Assembly (NCBI GenBank): GCA_045805065.1
Contig: JBJMMA010000201.1
Span: 1 to 55,840 of the forward strand
DNA from: Bdellovibrionia bacterium
GTDB taxonomy: Bacteria > Bdellovibrionota > UBA1018
Direction: 5' to 3'
DNA: 55,840 nucleotides
Position 1 is the first letter of the stretch; every line of letters starts with the position of its first letter. The notes below the pieces were generated by a model that saw nothing but the letters and a program-made list of their open reading frames with translations, had not been told where the DNA came from and did no database searches. Shown one piece after another: positions 29,804 through 39,005 of the stretch. A program made the position numbers and the translations under genes.

Positions 29804-30271
29804 TCAGCACCGTTTGGGAGTGCGTGGAAGCTCCACAATCTCAAACCAATATTTTCCAAGGTCTCTCAGAATGTCCACCAGGGATCCGAAAGTGACTGGT
29901 TTTGTGACAAACGAATTCACGCCGAGATTATAAGTGCGAAAGATATCTTCTTCAGCCTTGGATGTCGTCAGTACGACCACGGGAATGTCTTTTAAGGCAG
30001 GATTGCTTTTGATGTCCCTGAGGGCCTCGCGACCATCCTTCTTTGGCATGTTGAGATCTAGAAGAATAAGGCCCGGGCGGGGAGCCGGAGTGTTCTCATA
30101 TTTTCCCCGCTTCATCAGATAGTCCATCAGGTCTTCGCCGTCCTCGACGAAGTGAAGGTCGTTTGCGAGGCGGTTTTCTTCCAGCGCGTCCTTGATCATC
30201 AGCCGATCGTCAGCATCATCATCAGCCACCAGGAGAGTGATACACTTTGTATTTTGCTCATTCTTAGTCAT
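29804..30271 (-). CDS. Single-domain response regulator (Rcp1-like)
   Basis: ADDDADD, PGLILLDLNMPKKDG, IPVVVLTTS, YNLGVNSFVTKP, YW. Confidence 0.9.
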   Translation of the reverse strand: MTKNEQNTKCITLLVADDDADDRLMIKDALEENRLANDLHFVEDGEDLMDYLMKRGKYENTPAPRPGLILLDLNMPKKDGREALRDIKSNPALKDIPVVVLTTSKAEEDIFRTYNLGVNSFVTKPVTFGSLVDILRDLGKYWFEIVELPRTPKRC

Positions 30272-30284
30272 AGGAATTCTTCAG

Positions 30285-31412
30285 CTACCTTTGTCTGACA
30301 GGAAGATTGATAATGAAAGTGGTTCCATGACCAGGCGTGCTTTTGGCAGTCACTTGCCCATGATGGCGCTCGACAATTCGCCTGACAATCGCAAGGCCAA
30401 CGCCTGTGCCCTCGTACTGGCTTTTTCCATGCAACCGCTGGAAGATCGTGAATATTCGATCGAGGTATTTCTCCTCAAATCCGATTCCGTTGTCTCGAAT
30501 TCGAATCTCACAGTTTCCAGCCTTCACTTCTGATTCGATATGAATCTCAGGCGGAGTTTCCGGTTTATGGAATTTCAACGCGTTGCTCAAGATGTTCTGC
30601 AAAAGCTGCCGCATCTGTGAGGGATCACTATCAATCGTGTGCAATGTGCTTGATATGATTTTTCCGTGCGTGCTCTCGATTCGAACCTCAAGGTCAGAGA
30701 TGACTTCCCGAAGGACTTGATTGAGGTCGGTTGAAACGAAGGGCTGCGCCTTGGTCGTGATCCGGGAGTAGGAGAGCAGATCATCAATCAGGGTCTGCAT
30801 TCTCTTGGCCGATCCCAGCATGCGGTCGAGATAATCTTTTCCATCATCGCCCAAAAGATCTCGGTACTTGGTTTTCAATCGATCCGAGAAGGCCTGAATT
30901 TTTCGGAGAGGCTCTTGAAGGTCGTGCGCTGCAACGGATGCAAAATCCTGAAGCTCCCGGTTACTTGCTTCAAGCTTGTCAGCGTAATGAATCAGCTGTT
31001 CCTCCGCCTGCTTTCGCGAAGTGATCTCATAGCGGATGGACACATACTCGTAAGGTGTTCCCTTCTCGTTCAGGAAAGGAACGATGGTGGTATAGACCCA
31101 ATAAATTGAGCCGTCTTTTGCGCGATTTCGAATCTCGCCTTCCCAAATCTGGCCGCTCGAAATGGTCTTCCAAAGATCGACGAAAAACTGAGGCGGATGA
31201 AAGCCCGAATTAATGATTCGGTGGTTCTGTCCTAAAAGTTCTTGCCGAGGATACTTGGAGATCTCGCAGAACTTATCATTCACATGGATGATGCGACCGC
31301 CTGGATCAGTGATCGCCACAATGGCTGAGCGGTCGAGAGCATTGCGAATATTGGTTAATTCTCGCTCGGTCGCTTGTAGCTGCTCGGACGGTGTTCTCTG
31401 GTCCACGGTCAT
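30285..31412 (-). CDS. Soluble PAS histidine kinase (NifL/Aer-like PAS)
   Basis: VNDKFCEIS.Y...ELLGQNHRII...LW.TI..G.IW.GEIRNRAKDGS.YW; AHDLQEPLRK, DNGIG, GTGVGL; no TM segment. Confidence 0.92.
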   Translation of the reverse strand: MTVDQRTPSEQLQATERELTNIRNALDRSAIVAITDPGGRIIHVNDKFCEISKYPRQELLGQNHRIINSGFHPPQFFVDLWKTISSGQIWEGEIRNRAKDGSIYWVYTTIVPFLNEKGTPYEYVSIRYEITSRKQAEEQLIHYADKLEASNRELQDFASVAAHDLQEPLRKIQAFSDRLKTKYRDLLGDDGKDYLDRMLGSAKRMQTLIDDLLSYSRITTKAQPFVSTDLNQVLREVISDLEVRIESTHGKIISSTLHTIDSDPSQMRQLLQNILSNALKFHKPETPPEIHIESEVKAGNCEIRIRDNGIGFEEKYLDRIFTIFQRLHGKSQYEGTGVGLAIVRRIVERHHGQVTAKSTPGHGTTFIINLPVRQR

Positions 31413-31421
31413 GCCCAGAAT

Positions 31422-31754
31422 TTAGCAAACCCCGGGCGTGTTTGGAACAACTCCTAGGTGTTTTTCGGCCAATGAGCGCAGAAGAAAGTCGTGAGGATGC
31501 TCCAGATTCTCACAGCCGACGACTTTTCGAGCAATCTGCGGTGCTGTTTCTCGAACATAAGCATAGAAGCGGTACTTTGAGACACCGGGGCCCACAATCA
31601 GAATGCGTGTTGCTTCCTCAAGCCGATTAGCCAAAGCTTCTAAAAAATGACCGTGGCCAGGCATCGTGTTCTGAAGGCTATCTTCTGTTGGCGGATTTCG
31701 CGAGAACCCATAGAGCCTTGCATGACTCCGATCAATCCAAACTAAAGTGGGCAT
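31422..31754 (-). CDS. Small eRF1-domain-2-like (baeRF/host-attachment-like) protein
   Basis: VWID..HAR, ILIVGPG..K..F, VVG.E..EHP motifs; GGAG SD fits ATG 31754. Confidence 0.65.
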   Translation of the reverse strand: MPTLVWIDRSHARLYGFSRNPPTEDSLQNTMPGHGHFLEALANRLEEATRILIVGPGVSKYRFYAYVRETAPQIARKVVGCENLEHPHDFLLRSLAEKHLGVVPNTPGVC

Positions 31755-31781
31755 GTTCTTCATCTCCAAGCGCGCTCATAA

Positions 31782-31797
31782 AGCAACGGCTAAGCCA
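31782..31797 (-). promoter_or_regulatory. Putative sigma54 promoter of the baeRF/kinase operon
   Basis: Minus strand TGGCTTAGCCGTTGCT; nearly identical to 40925-40940. Confidence 0.72.
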
Positions 31798-31862
31798 AGC
31801 GGGCTCCGGCCAAATTCCCTAAGGATTGTATGGGGCTTAAGAATTTCCTGTGAATTCCCACT

Positions 31863-31910
31863 CGGGACAGTTTTTCTCCCTGCTCCCGGCGAATGGGACT
31901 TTCTGTCTCA
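31863..31910. promoter_or_regulatory. Tandem enhancer sites between divergent sigma54 promoters
   Basis: CGGGACA-GTT-TTTCTCC (31863-31879) and TGGGACT-TTC-TGTCTCA (31894-31910), 31 bp apart. Confidence 0.62.
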
Positions 31911-31949
31911 TGGTTAAAACCGGACCCGAGTCATTTCAATAGGTTGCGC

Positions 31950-31965
31950 AGGCACAACCACTGCA
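31950..31965 (+). promoter_or_regulatory. Putative sigma54 promoter of the cbb3 operon
   Basis: AGGCACAACCACTGCA with correct GG/GC spacing. Confidence 0.65.
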
Positions 31966-31981
31966 CAAACGCACCCCCGAT

Positions 31982-34465
31982 ATGCTTCAAAAGATCAACA
32001 TCTTCGAGTCTGTGGCTGGATCAGTCGTGAGCACTGGACCCGCCAAGTGTGTCCACTGCGGGCTGAGGATTCCGGCCGGCGTGAGCGGAATGTTCTGCTG
32101 CCGTGGCTGCGAGATGGTTTTCACTTTGATCCATGAGCGCGGGCTCGATGATTACTACCGGATCCGAGATCAGGGAGCGAGCATTCGAAGCAGCCGCCCC
32201 GCTGCAGTTTCTAGCGAGAGCCTAAATTTTTACTCACATCTCGACGATCCCGAATTTCTGAATCTTTATTGCCAGCCTGAGGCGGGCACGGGACTTCGGA
32301 CCATGCAGTTTTATCTCGAAGGCGTTCACTGCACCGCTTGTGTCTGGCTCACGGAGAAGGTGAGTGAGTGGGTTGCTGGCGTTCGCTCGATTCGGCTGGA
32401 TCTCGGTCATTCGCTTGCGACAGTAAAGCTTGATAGCAACGGATCTTTCTCTGAAGTCGCACGCGAGTTCATGAAGCTCGGTTACCGCCCGCATCCTGTC
32501 AAACAAGATGAGGCTCAAGCACTGGAAGCTCGCGAGAATCATCGCGCGCTGATTCGCATGGCCATCGCAGGCGCTGGAGCGGGAAACATCATGCTTCTGG
32601 CGATCTCAGTCTATGCGGGCGCCACTGGAGTTCTTCAGCACTACTTTGAGTGGGTAAGCTTTCTGATCTGCCTGCCGGTTGCAACCTACAGTGCCTGGCC
32701 ATTCTATCGCAGCGCTTTGGGCGCGCTCAGATCACGTCAGCTCTCCATCGATATTCCGATCGCGCTGGGACTCAGTGTTGCGTTTGTCGCAAGCTTCATC
32801 AGCATCCTGATCCACTCCAAGCATGTTTACTTTGATACGGTTTCCTCACTGGTATTTTTGCTTCTGGCAAGCCGCTATGTTTTGAGAAAGACGCAGCAGG
32901 AAGCACTTCATGCAACGCGCTTGATTCATTTTCTCACGCCTTCCATGGCACGCCGGAAGCGCGTTCAGGGCAGTGGCTTTGAGGAAGTCAGCGTTGACTC
33001 GCTTCAAGCAGGTGATCATGTCCTTGTTCTAGCTGGAGAATGCATTCCTACGGATGGGATTGTATGCTCCGGAATCAGCGCCTTGAATCTATCGCTTCTG
33101 ACGGGTGAGTCTCGTCCTGAGCTCGTGCAGCCTGGCGTTCCTGTGTTTGCTGGAACGCTGAACACCCAAGCCCCGCTTGAAATTGAAGTTCAAAGCTTTG
33201 GCAGCGCCACTCGCCTTGGCAAGATCCTTTCTTCGATGGAAGAACACTTGTCTCGCAAAGCTCCTATCGTTGCCTTTACGGATCAGATCTCCAAGGCATT
33301 CGTCTTGATCTCGCTGGCACTCGTAGGCGTCGCCTTTTACGTCGGATTTACCATCAGTCCTGCTGAGGGCGTGAGCCGCGCACTGGCCATGGCGATCGTA
33401 GCGTGCCCTTGCGCTTTTGCTTTTGCAACGCCTCTGGCTCTAAGCATTGCCATGGGCCGCTTTGCCCGATACGGCGTTCTGATCAAGGGCGCAGACGTCA
33501 TTGAAAAGCTTGCGCATGTGAATCAAGTGGTTCTGGATAAAACCGGCACCCTGACGACCGGTCAGTTTGAAGTCAAAAAATGGCTCATTGATGCGGATCA
33601 AGTTGGAATTGAGGAAGCGGTCTATGCTCTTGAGACACGCTCAACGCATCCCATTGCTCGCGCTTTGGTTTCATTCCTGAAGCCTCGCCTGAATGGTCGC
33701 GAGATTCCTGGCGTTGAAGAGTTTTCTGAGACCATCGGGCGTGGACTCTCGGGTCGCATCCAAAGTCATCCTTATGAAGTCCAAGCGCTGAACGAAGAGT
33801 TGCTCAATGGATCACCCAATCTATCAAACGACGCCGGTACCCAGATCGCCATTTTAAAAGATGGCAATCGAGTTGGACGCGTAACGTTAGGTGACAGTTT
33901 GAGAACTGATACTGAGAGCGCTGTTGAAAAACTTCGCGCGTTGAAGCTTGGAGTGAAGATCCTCTCAGGCGACGGCAAGTCCGCAGTGATGAGTGTCGCC
34001 AATCGACTTGGCGTCGGATCTCGAGACGCGTACTTCAAGGCATCGCCTGAATACAAGAGCGAGGTCATCGGTAAAATGCCACGTGCCCTGATGGTGGGTG
34101 ATGGCGCAAATGATTCCATCGCATTGGCTTCGGCTTATGTGGGTGTGGCGGTTCATAGCGGAATGGAAATCAGCATGCGCGCAGCTGATGTTTATCAGCG
34201 CCAGCCAGGTGTCATGCCGGTGGTTCATTTGATCCGTGCCTCGCGCGAGACGCTGAAAGTGATTTACAGAAACTTCGCCTTCTCGCTCGTCTATAACTTC
34301 ATTGGAACCTATGCCGCAATTACGGGACATGTGAGCCCGCTTTTTGCCGCGATCCTGATGCCGATCAGTGCTTTGACCGTGTTTGGATCTTCCATTGTCG
34401 GCACCCGCAAACTTCGTAAAATTTACTCTCAGCTTTCGGATGAGAGTCAGGAGGCAGCAGTATGA
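31982..34465 (+). CDS. ccoI: Cu-transporting P1B ATPase for cbb3 assembly (CcoI/FixI)
   Basis: C.HCG, CC.GC, HCTAC, TGES, CPC, DKTGT, GDGAND; heads the cco operon. Confidence 0.92.
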   Translation: MLQKINIFESVAGSVVSTGPAKCVHCGLRIPAGVSGMFCCRGCEMVFTLIHERGLDDYYRIRDQGASIRSSRPAAVSSESLNFYSHLDDPEFLNLYCQPEAGTGLRTMQFYLEGVHCTACVWLTEKVSEWVAGVRSIRLDLGHSLATVKLDSNGSFSEVAREFMKLGYRPHPVKQDEAQALEARENHRALIRMAIAGAGAGNIMLLAISVYAGATGVLQHYFEWVSFLICLPVATYSAWPFYRSALGALRSRQLSIDIPIALGLSVAFVASFISILIHSKHVYFDTVSSLVFLLLASRYVLRKTQQEALHATRLIHFLTPSMARRKRVQGSGFEEVSVDSLQAGDHVLVLAGECIPTDGIVCSGISALNLSLLTGESRPELVQPGVPVFAGTLNTQAPLEIEVQSFGSATRLGKILSSMEEHLSRKAPIVAFTDQISKAFVLISLALVGVAFYVGFTISPAEGVSRALAMAIVACPCAFAFATPLALSIAMGRFARYGVLIKGADVIEKLAHVNQVVLDKTGTLTTGQFEVKKWLIDADQVGIEEAVYALETRSTHPIARALVSFLKPRLNGREIPGVEEFSETIGRGLSGRIQSHPYEVQALNEELLNGSPNLSNDAGTQIAILKDGNRVGRVTLGDSLRTDTESAVEKLRALKLGVKILSGDGKSAVMSVANRLGVGSRDAYFKASPEYKSEVIGKMPRALMVGDGANDSIALASAYVGVAVHSGMEISMRAADVYQRQPGVMPVVHLIRASRETLKVIYRNFAFSLVYNFIGTYAAITGHVSPLFAAILMPISALTVFGSSIVGTRKLRKIYSQLSDESQEAAV

Positions 34466-34635
34466 GCGCAATTTATTTGATGCTTCCGATCGCGCTTCTT
34501 TTGGGCCTGAGCTTTGTTGTGGCGTTCATTCGCGCCGCATCCCAGGGCCAATATGATGATCTCGATACTCCTGCTCATCGAATCTTACTGGAAGATAAAA
34601 TTTCACAAGTGACTCTTAAGAAAGGCAACCTATGA
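34462..34635 (+). CDS. ccoS: cbb3 oxidase assembly protein CcoS (57 aa, not in the ORF track)
   Basis: MSAIYLMLPIALLLGLSFVVAFIRAASQGQYDDLDTPAHRILLED...; GQYDD motif; ATGA overlaps at both ends. Confidence 0.92.
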   Translation: MSAIYLMLPIALLLGLSFVVAFIRAASQGQYDDLDTPAHRILLEDKISQVTLKKGNL

Positions 34636-36830
34636 TCACCCCCACGAGCAGTAATGAAAGCAACTCTGCAGTCGTTGAACTGAATGCAGATTCAACGAAG
34701 GCACGTGAAACCGAGCAGTTCAGATATGACGACGATATCGTCAAGAAATTCATTCATGCCACGATGGTCTGGGGATTTGTGGCCCTTCTGCTTGGCGTTT
34801 TCATCGCTTCGCAACTAGCGAACTGGCGACTGAACTTCGGTCTTCCCTGGCTGACCTTCGGAAGACTCCGCCCGCTTCACACGAACGCGGCGATTTTCGC
34901 TTTCGCGGGGAACGCAGTTTTTGCAGGCATTTATTATTCGACACAGCGTCTTCTCAAGACGCGCATGTACTCGGACACCTTGAGCAAGATCCACTTCTGG
35001 GGCTGGCAGCTGATCATCGTTTCGGCTGCGTTGACTCTGCCTTTTGGGATCACGGTCGGTAAGGAGTACGCCGAGCTTGAGTGGCCGATCTCTCTTGCGA
35101 TCAATGTGATCTGGGTGCTCTTTGGCTACAACTACTTCAAGACGATTCAGATTCGTCGTGAGCGTCATATTTATGTGGCGATCTGGTTCTATATCGCAAC
35201 GATTCTGACGACCGCGCTTTTGCACGTCGTGAACACGATTCAGATTCCTGTCTCGATGTGGAAGAGCTATCCGATCTACTCAGGCGTTCAAGACGCGTTG
35301 GTTCAATGGTGGTACGGCCATAACGCCGTTGCCTTCGTTCTGACGACGCCGTTTCTGGGCCTGATGTACTACTTCTTGCCAAAGGCGGCGAACCGCCCGG
35401 TCTACAGTTACCGCCTTTCGATCGTGCACTTCTGGTCTCTGGTGTTCATTTACATCTGGGCCGGTCCGCACCATCTTCTTTACACGGCCTTGCCGAACTG
35501 GGCGCAGACGCTGGGGATGGTGTTCAGCGTGATGCTGCTGGCTCCAAGCTGGGGCGGCATGATCAATGGTCTTCTCACGCTTCGTGGAGCCTGGAGTCGA
35601 GTTCGTACGGAACCGGTTCTCAAGTTCTTTGTCGCAAGCTTGACGTTCTACGGAATGGCAACGTTTGAGGGCCCGCTTCTTTCCATCAAATCCGTGAGCG
35701 CTCTTGGCCACTACACGGATTGGATCATTGGTCACGTCCACGGAGGAACGCTGGGTTGGAACGGCTTCATGACCTTTGCGATGGTTTACTGGCTGGTTCC
35801 AAAGCTTTGGAACACGAAGCTCTACAGCGAGAAGCTTGCGAACGTCCATTTCTGGACGGGTTTCTTGGGAACGGTCACTTACATGATCTCCATGTGGGTT
35901 GCCGGCATCACGCAAGGTCTCATGTGGCGTGCGATGGATGGAGCTGGGAAGCTCGTTTATCCAGACTTCATTGAAACGGTCACTCGCATCGTGCCGCTCT
36001 ACTATGTGCGCGCGATTGGGGGCGGCCTCTACCTCGTGGGCTTCGTCGTCATGTTCTACAACATCTACAAGACGATCTCGCTGGCACCGAAAGCGGTCAA
36101 AGACGAAGTCGTTTCGGCTCCAAGGCTTAAGGCACCCGCTCCAGGCGAGCTTGGAACAAAGCCTCACCGGGTACTCGAAGGTCTGCCTGGACTTTTCGCT
36201 GTGCTGAGCTTTGTAGCAGTAGCTGTAGGTACGTTCATTGAGCTTGCTCCTGCGGTTCTCTCTGCCGACTACGTGGAAGTGAACCCAGCGGTCAAGCCAT
36301 ATACGCCACTCCAGCTTCAAGGCCGCGATATCTATGTGCGAGAAGGATGCTATCTGTGCCACTCGCAGATGATTCGTCCGCTGGTCTCGGAAACGCTTCG
36401 TTATGGCGCGTACTCCAGGCCTGAGGAGTCGGTCTATGATCGCCCATTCCAATGGGGATCCAAGCGTACCGGCCCGGATCTGGCCCGTGTTGGCGGCAAG
36501 TACCCAGACCTCTGGCACTTCCGTCACATGATGGATCCACGGGACGTCGTTCCTGGTTCGATCATGCCGATGTACCCATGGTTGTTCAAAGACAAGATCG
36601 ACTACGGAACCATGACCAAGAAGCTTCAGGTCATGAAGTCCCTGGGAGTTCCATACTCTCTGGACGAAGTGAACAACGCAGCCGATCTCGCTCGCGCTGA
36701 AGCCAAGCAGATCTCTGAAGGACTGAAAACCCAGGGTGTTCCTGCCGGATATGAGGATCGTGAGATCGTCGCTCTGATCTCGTATCTGCAGCGCTTGGGA
36801 ACTGACTTCAAGAAAGGACTGATCAAATGA
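34632..36830 (+). CDS. ccoNO: Fused cbb3 cytochrome c oxidase subunits I+II (CcoNO)
   Basis: GRLRPLHTN, WWYGHN, GPHH, GHVH; C-terminal EGCYLCHSQMIRP and WGSKRTGPDLAR. Confidence 0.97.
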   Translation: MITPTSSNESNSAVVELNADSTKARETEQFRYDDDIVKKFIHATMVWGFVALLLGVFIASQLANWRLNFGLPWLTFGRLRPLHTNAAIFAFAGNAVFAGIYYSTQRLLKTRMYSDTLSKIHFWGWQLIIVSAALTLPFGITVGKEYAELEWPISLAINVIWVLFGYNYFKTIQIRRERHIYVAIWFYIATILTTALLHVVNTIQIPVSMWKSYPIYSGVQDALVQWWYGHNAVAFVLTTPFLGLMYYFLPKAANRPVYSYRLSIVHFWSLVFIYIWAGPHHLLYTALPNWAQTLGMVFSVMLLAPSWGGMINGLLTLRGAWSRVRTEPVLKFFVASLTFYGMATFEGPLLSIKSVSALGHYTDWIIGHVHGGTLGWNGFMTFAMVYWLVPKLWNTKLYSEKLANVHFWTGFLGTVTYMISMWVAGITQGLMWRAMDGAGKLVYPDFIETVTRIVPLYYVRAIGGGLYLVGFVVMFYNIYKTISLAPKAVKDEVVSAPRLKAPAPGELGTKPHRVLEGLPGLFAVLSFVAVAVGTFIELAPAVLSADYVEVNPAVKPYTPLQLQGRDIYVREGCYLCHSQMIRPLVSETLRYGAYSRPEESVYDRPFQWGSKRTGPDLARVGGKYPDLWHFRHMMDPRDVVPGSIMPMYPWLFKDKIDYGTMTKKLQVMKSLGVPYSLDEVNNAADLARAEAKQISEGLKTQGVPAGYEDREIVALISYLQRLGTDFKKGLIK

Positions 36831-37012
36831 ATGTCATTCGAGAAGTGTTGTCGCATTTTCATCTCCCGCTGCTCTCTTGCTTTGGGCTCCTGCTTTTCAT
36901 GGGCGTCTTTACCGGTGCCCTGATGTGGGTATTCCGCAAGGGAAGCGGGGAATTTTACGCAAAGCTAAGCGATCTGCCCTTGGATCTGATCCCACAGGAC
37001 GGAGAGAGATAA
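36827..37012 (+). CDS. ccoQ: cbb3 oxidase subunit CcoQ
   Basis: 61 aa, one TM helix then W.FRK...LPLD; position in operon. Confidence 0.85.
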   Translation: MNVIREVLSHFHLPLLSCFGLLLFMGVFTGALMWVFRKGSGEFYAKLSDLPLDLIPQDGER

Positions 37013-37014
37013 CT

Positions 37015-37590
37015 ATGAGCAACATGAACAACGAAGATAACAAAAAACTCACCGACCACGAGTATGATGGGATTCGTGAGTTCGATTACCAGCTTCCTCG
37101 CTGGTGGCTGAACATGTTCTACATCACGATCCTGTTTGCGGTCGGCTACTTTGCTTACTACCAGATGCTGGCCGGGCCATCGATTCAGGAGGAGTATCAG
37201 GCTGAGCAAAATCAGCTTGAGGTGATGATGGCAACTGCTGCTGCCAAGCGAGCAAATATCTCCGAGGCAGATCTGGTCGCGATGGTAAAAGATCCGATCA
37301 AAGTGAAATCAGGAAAGGATCTCTTTCAGGTCCGCTGCGTGGCCTGTCACGGGGCTTCTGGACAAGGTCTCATCGGCCCGAACCTCACGGATGAGTTCTG
37401 GCTGCATGGTGGAAAGCTTGCCGAAGTTTCCAATACCATCACCAACGGCGTACCCGACAAGGGAATGCCTCCGTGGGGTCCGGTCATGTCCGCTGATCAG
37501 ATCCACAATGTCGTGGCTTATATCCGCTCGATTCGTGGAACCAATCCAGCTGGAGCGAAGGCTCCACAAGGAGAGCAGTACAAAGAATGA
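37015..37590 (+). CDS. ccoP: cbb3 oxidase subunit III, short monoheme CcoP
   Basis: DHEYDGIRE...LPRWW, single CVACH, GPNLTD, GMPPW; ATG 37015. Confidence 0.92.
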   Translation: MSNMNNEDNKKLTDHEYDGIREFDYQLPRWWLNMFYITILFAVGYFAYYQMLAGPSIQEEYQAEQNQLEVMMATAAAKRANISEADLVAMVKDPIKVKSGKDLFQVRCVACHGASGQGLIGPNLTDEFWLHGGKLAEVSNTITNGVPDKGMPPWGPVMSADQIHNVVAYIRSIRGTNPAGAKAPQGEQYKE

Positions 37591-39005
37591 CTTCGAGAGA
37601 GCTTCCGCAAGACCGCTTAGCTACTGCTGACGAGGAGGGAAAGCGCGTATGGCTTTATCCCTCCGACGTGAAAGGTAGGTACCGCACCCGCAGAAAATGG
37701 GTGAGTGCTGCGCTGATCAACTTCTTTTTGTTTCTCCCATGGGTCCGCATCGGTGGTCACCAAGCGGTCTTGCTCGATATTCCTCAACGACGTTTTGCTA
37801 TTCTTGGCATCACGTTCTGGGCACATGATGCTCCGATGCTGCTTTTTGTCGCAGGCGGAGCGGTCCTGACACTCGCCTTTGTTACGGCGGTGTGGGGAAG
37901 AGTGTGGTGCGGTTGGGCGTGTCCACAAACTGTTTTCATCGTCTCGGTGTTTCGAAGGATTGAGCGCTGGATTGAAGGTGATGCGGTTGAGCGCCGGAGG
38001 CGCGATGAGGGCCCGGCTACACCCGAAAGAGCGATCAAGAGGACCATCAAGTGGAGCTTGTTCACTCTCGTATCGCTCATCATCAGCCATAGCTTTCTGG
38101 CGTATTTCGTGGGAACGCAAAAGCTTGCTCAAATGATTACAAGCTCTCCGGTAGAAAATCCGGGAAGCTTTCTGATCATGGCATTTGTCACGGGGCTGAT
38201 CCTTTTTGATTTTGGCTGGTTCCGTGAGCAGTTCTGCACGATTGTTTGTCCTTACGGCAGATTTCAGTCTGTCTTGATGGATGATCAATCCACTGCTGTT
38301 GTCTATGATGCGCGTAGAGGCGAACCTCGTCGGGGAATTGCAACGCCTGATCAACCTGCAGGTGATTGCGTGAACTGCTATAAATGCGTTCAGGTCTGTC
38401 CGACCGGGATTGATATCCGCCGTGGAGCGCAGCAATTGGAATGCATCGCTTGCACCGCCTGCATGGATGCCTGCGATGACGTAATGGCCAGACTTAAAAA
38501 GCCGCAAGGCTTGATCCGGTATGGATCCGTGGCAGAGATCCAGGGCAAGCCAACCGGGCGTGGCGCACGACCTTGGGCTTATGGCGCTCTGATTGTCGCG
38601 TGCATCACGGGACTTACGTTGACGGTTCGGGACAGAACGGCGATTACTGTGAGCCTGATCCGGGCTGCGGAAGCTCCCTATCAGGTCATTGCGGGCGAGA
38701 ATGGCGCTCCAGAGGTGATCAACCATTATAAGCTTGAGCTTCGTAACCAATCCTTTGATCGTCAGGCGATCGAGATTCTCGTTCCCAAAGAATATCAAGA
38801 TAAGGGCGTCAAAATCGTTATTTCCAATCACGCCGATGGTATTGAGGGGGGCGCCTCTGAGCGTGCGGATCTCTTTATCCGATTCCCAAAGACGCTTTTG
38901 AATCTGGGAAAAGGTGAGATGGATCTCGATTTCTCCGCAAAGAGCGAAAACAAACAAGAATCCGTTTTGAAAAAGGAGGTGCGCCTTGTCGGGCCTTTTA
39001 TCTAA
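37587..39005 (+). CDS. ccoG: cbb3 accessory 4Fe-4S protein CcoG
   Basis: GRVWCGWACPQT, REQFC..VCPYGRFQS, DCVNC..CVQVCPTGIDIR, ECIAC.AC.DAC. Confidence 0.95.
   Translation: MTSRELPQDRLATADEEGKRVWLYPSDVKGRYRTRRKWVSAALINFFLFLPWVRIGGHQAVLLDIPQRRFAILGITFWAHDAPMLLFVAGGAVLTLAFVTAVWGRVWCGWACPQTVFIVSVFRRIERWIEGDAVERRRRDEGPATPERAIKRTIKWSLFTLVSLIISHSFLAYFVGTQKLAQMITSSPVENPGSFLIMAFVTGLILFDFGWFREQFCTIVCPYGRFQSVLMDDQSTAVVYDARRGEPRRGIATPDQPAGDCVNCYKCVQVCPTGIDIRRGAQQLECIACTACMDACDDVMARLKKPQGLIRYGSVAEIQGKPTGRGARPWAYGALIVACITGLTLTVRDRTAITVSLIRAAEAPYQVIAGENGAPEVINHYKLELRNQSFDRQAIEILVPKEYQDKGVKIVISNHADGIEGGASERADLFIRFPKTLLNLGKGEMDLDFSAKSENKQESVLKKEVRLVGPFI

Noticed and set aside
35280-36527. 415-aa antisense ORF over ccoNO
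   Set aside because: Shadow frame of a codon-biased gene; no recognisable motifs.
37617-38957. 446-aa antisense ORF over ccoG
   Set aside because: Entirely antisense to a well-conserved gene; no protein-like features.
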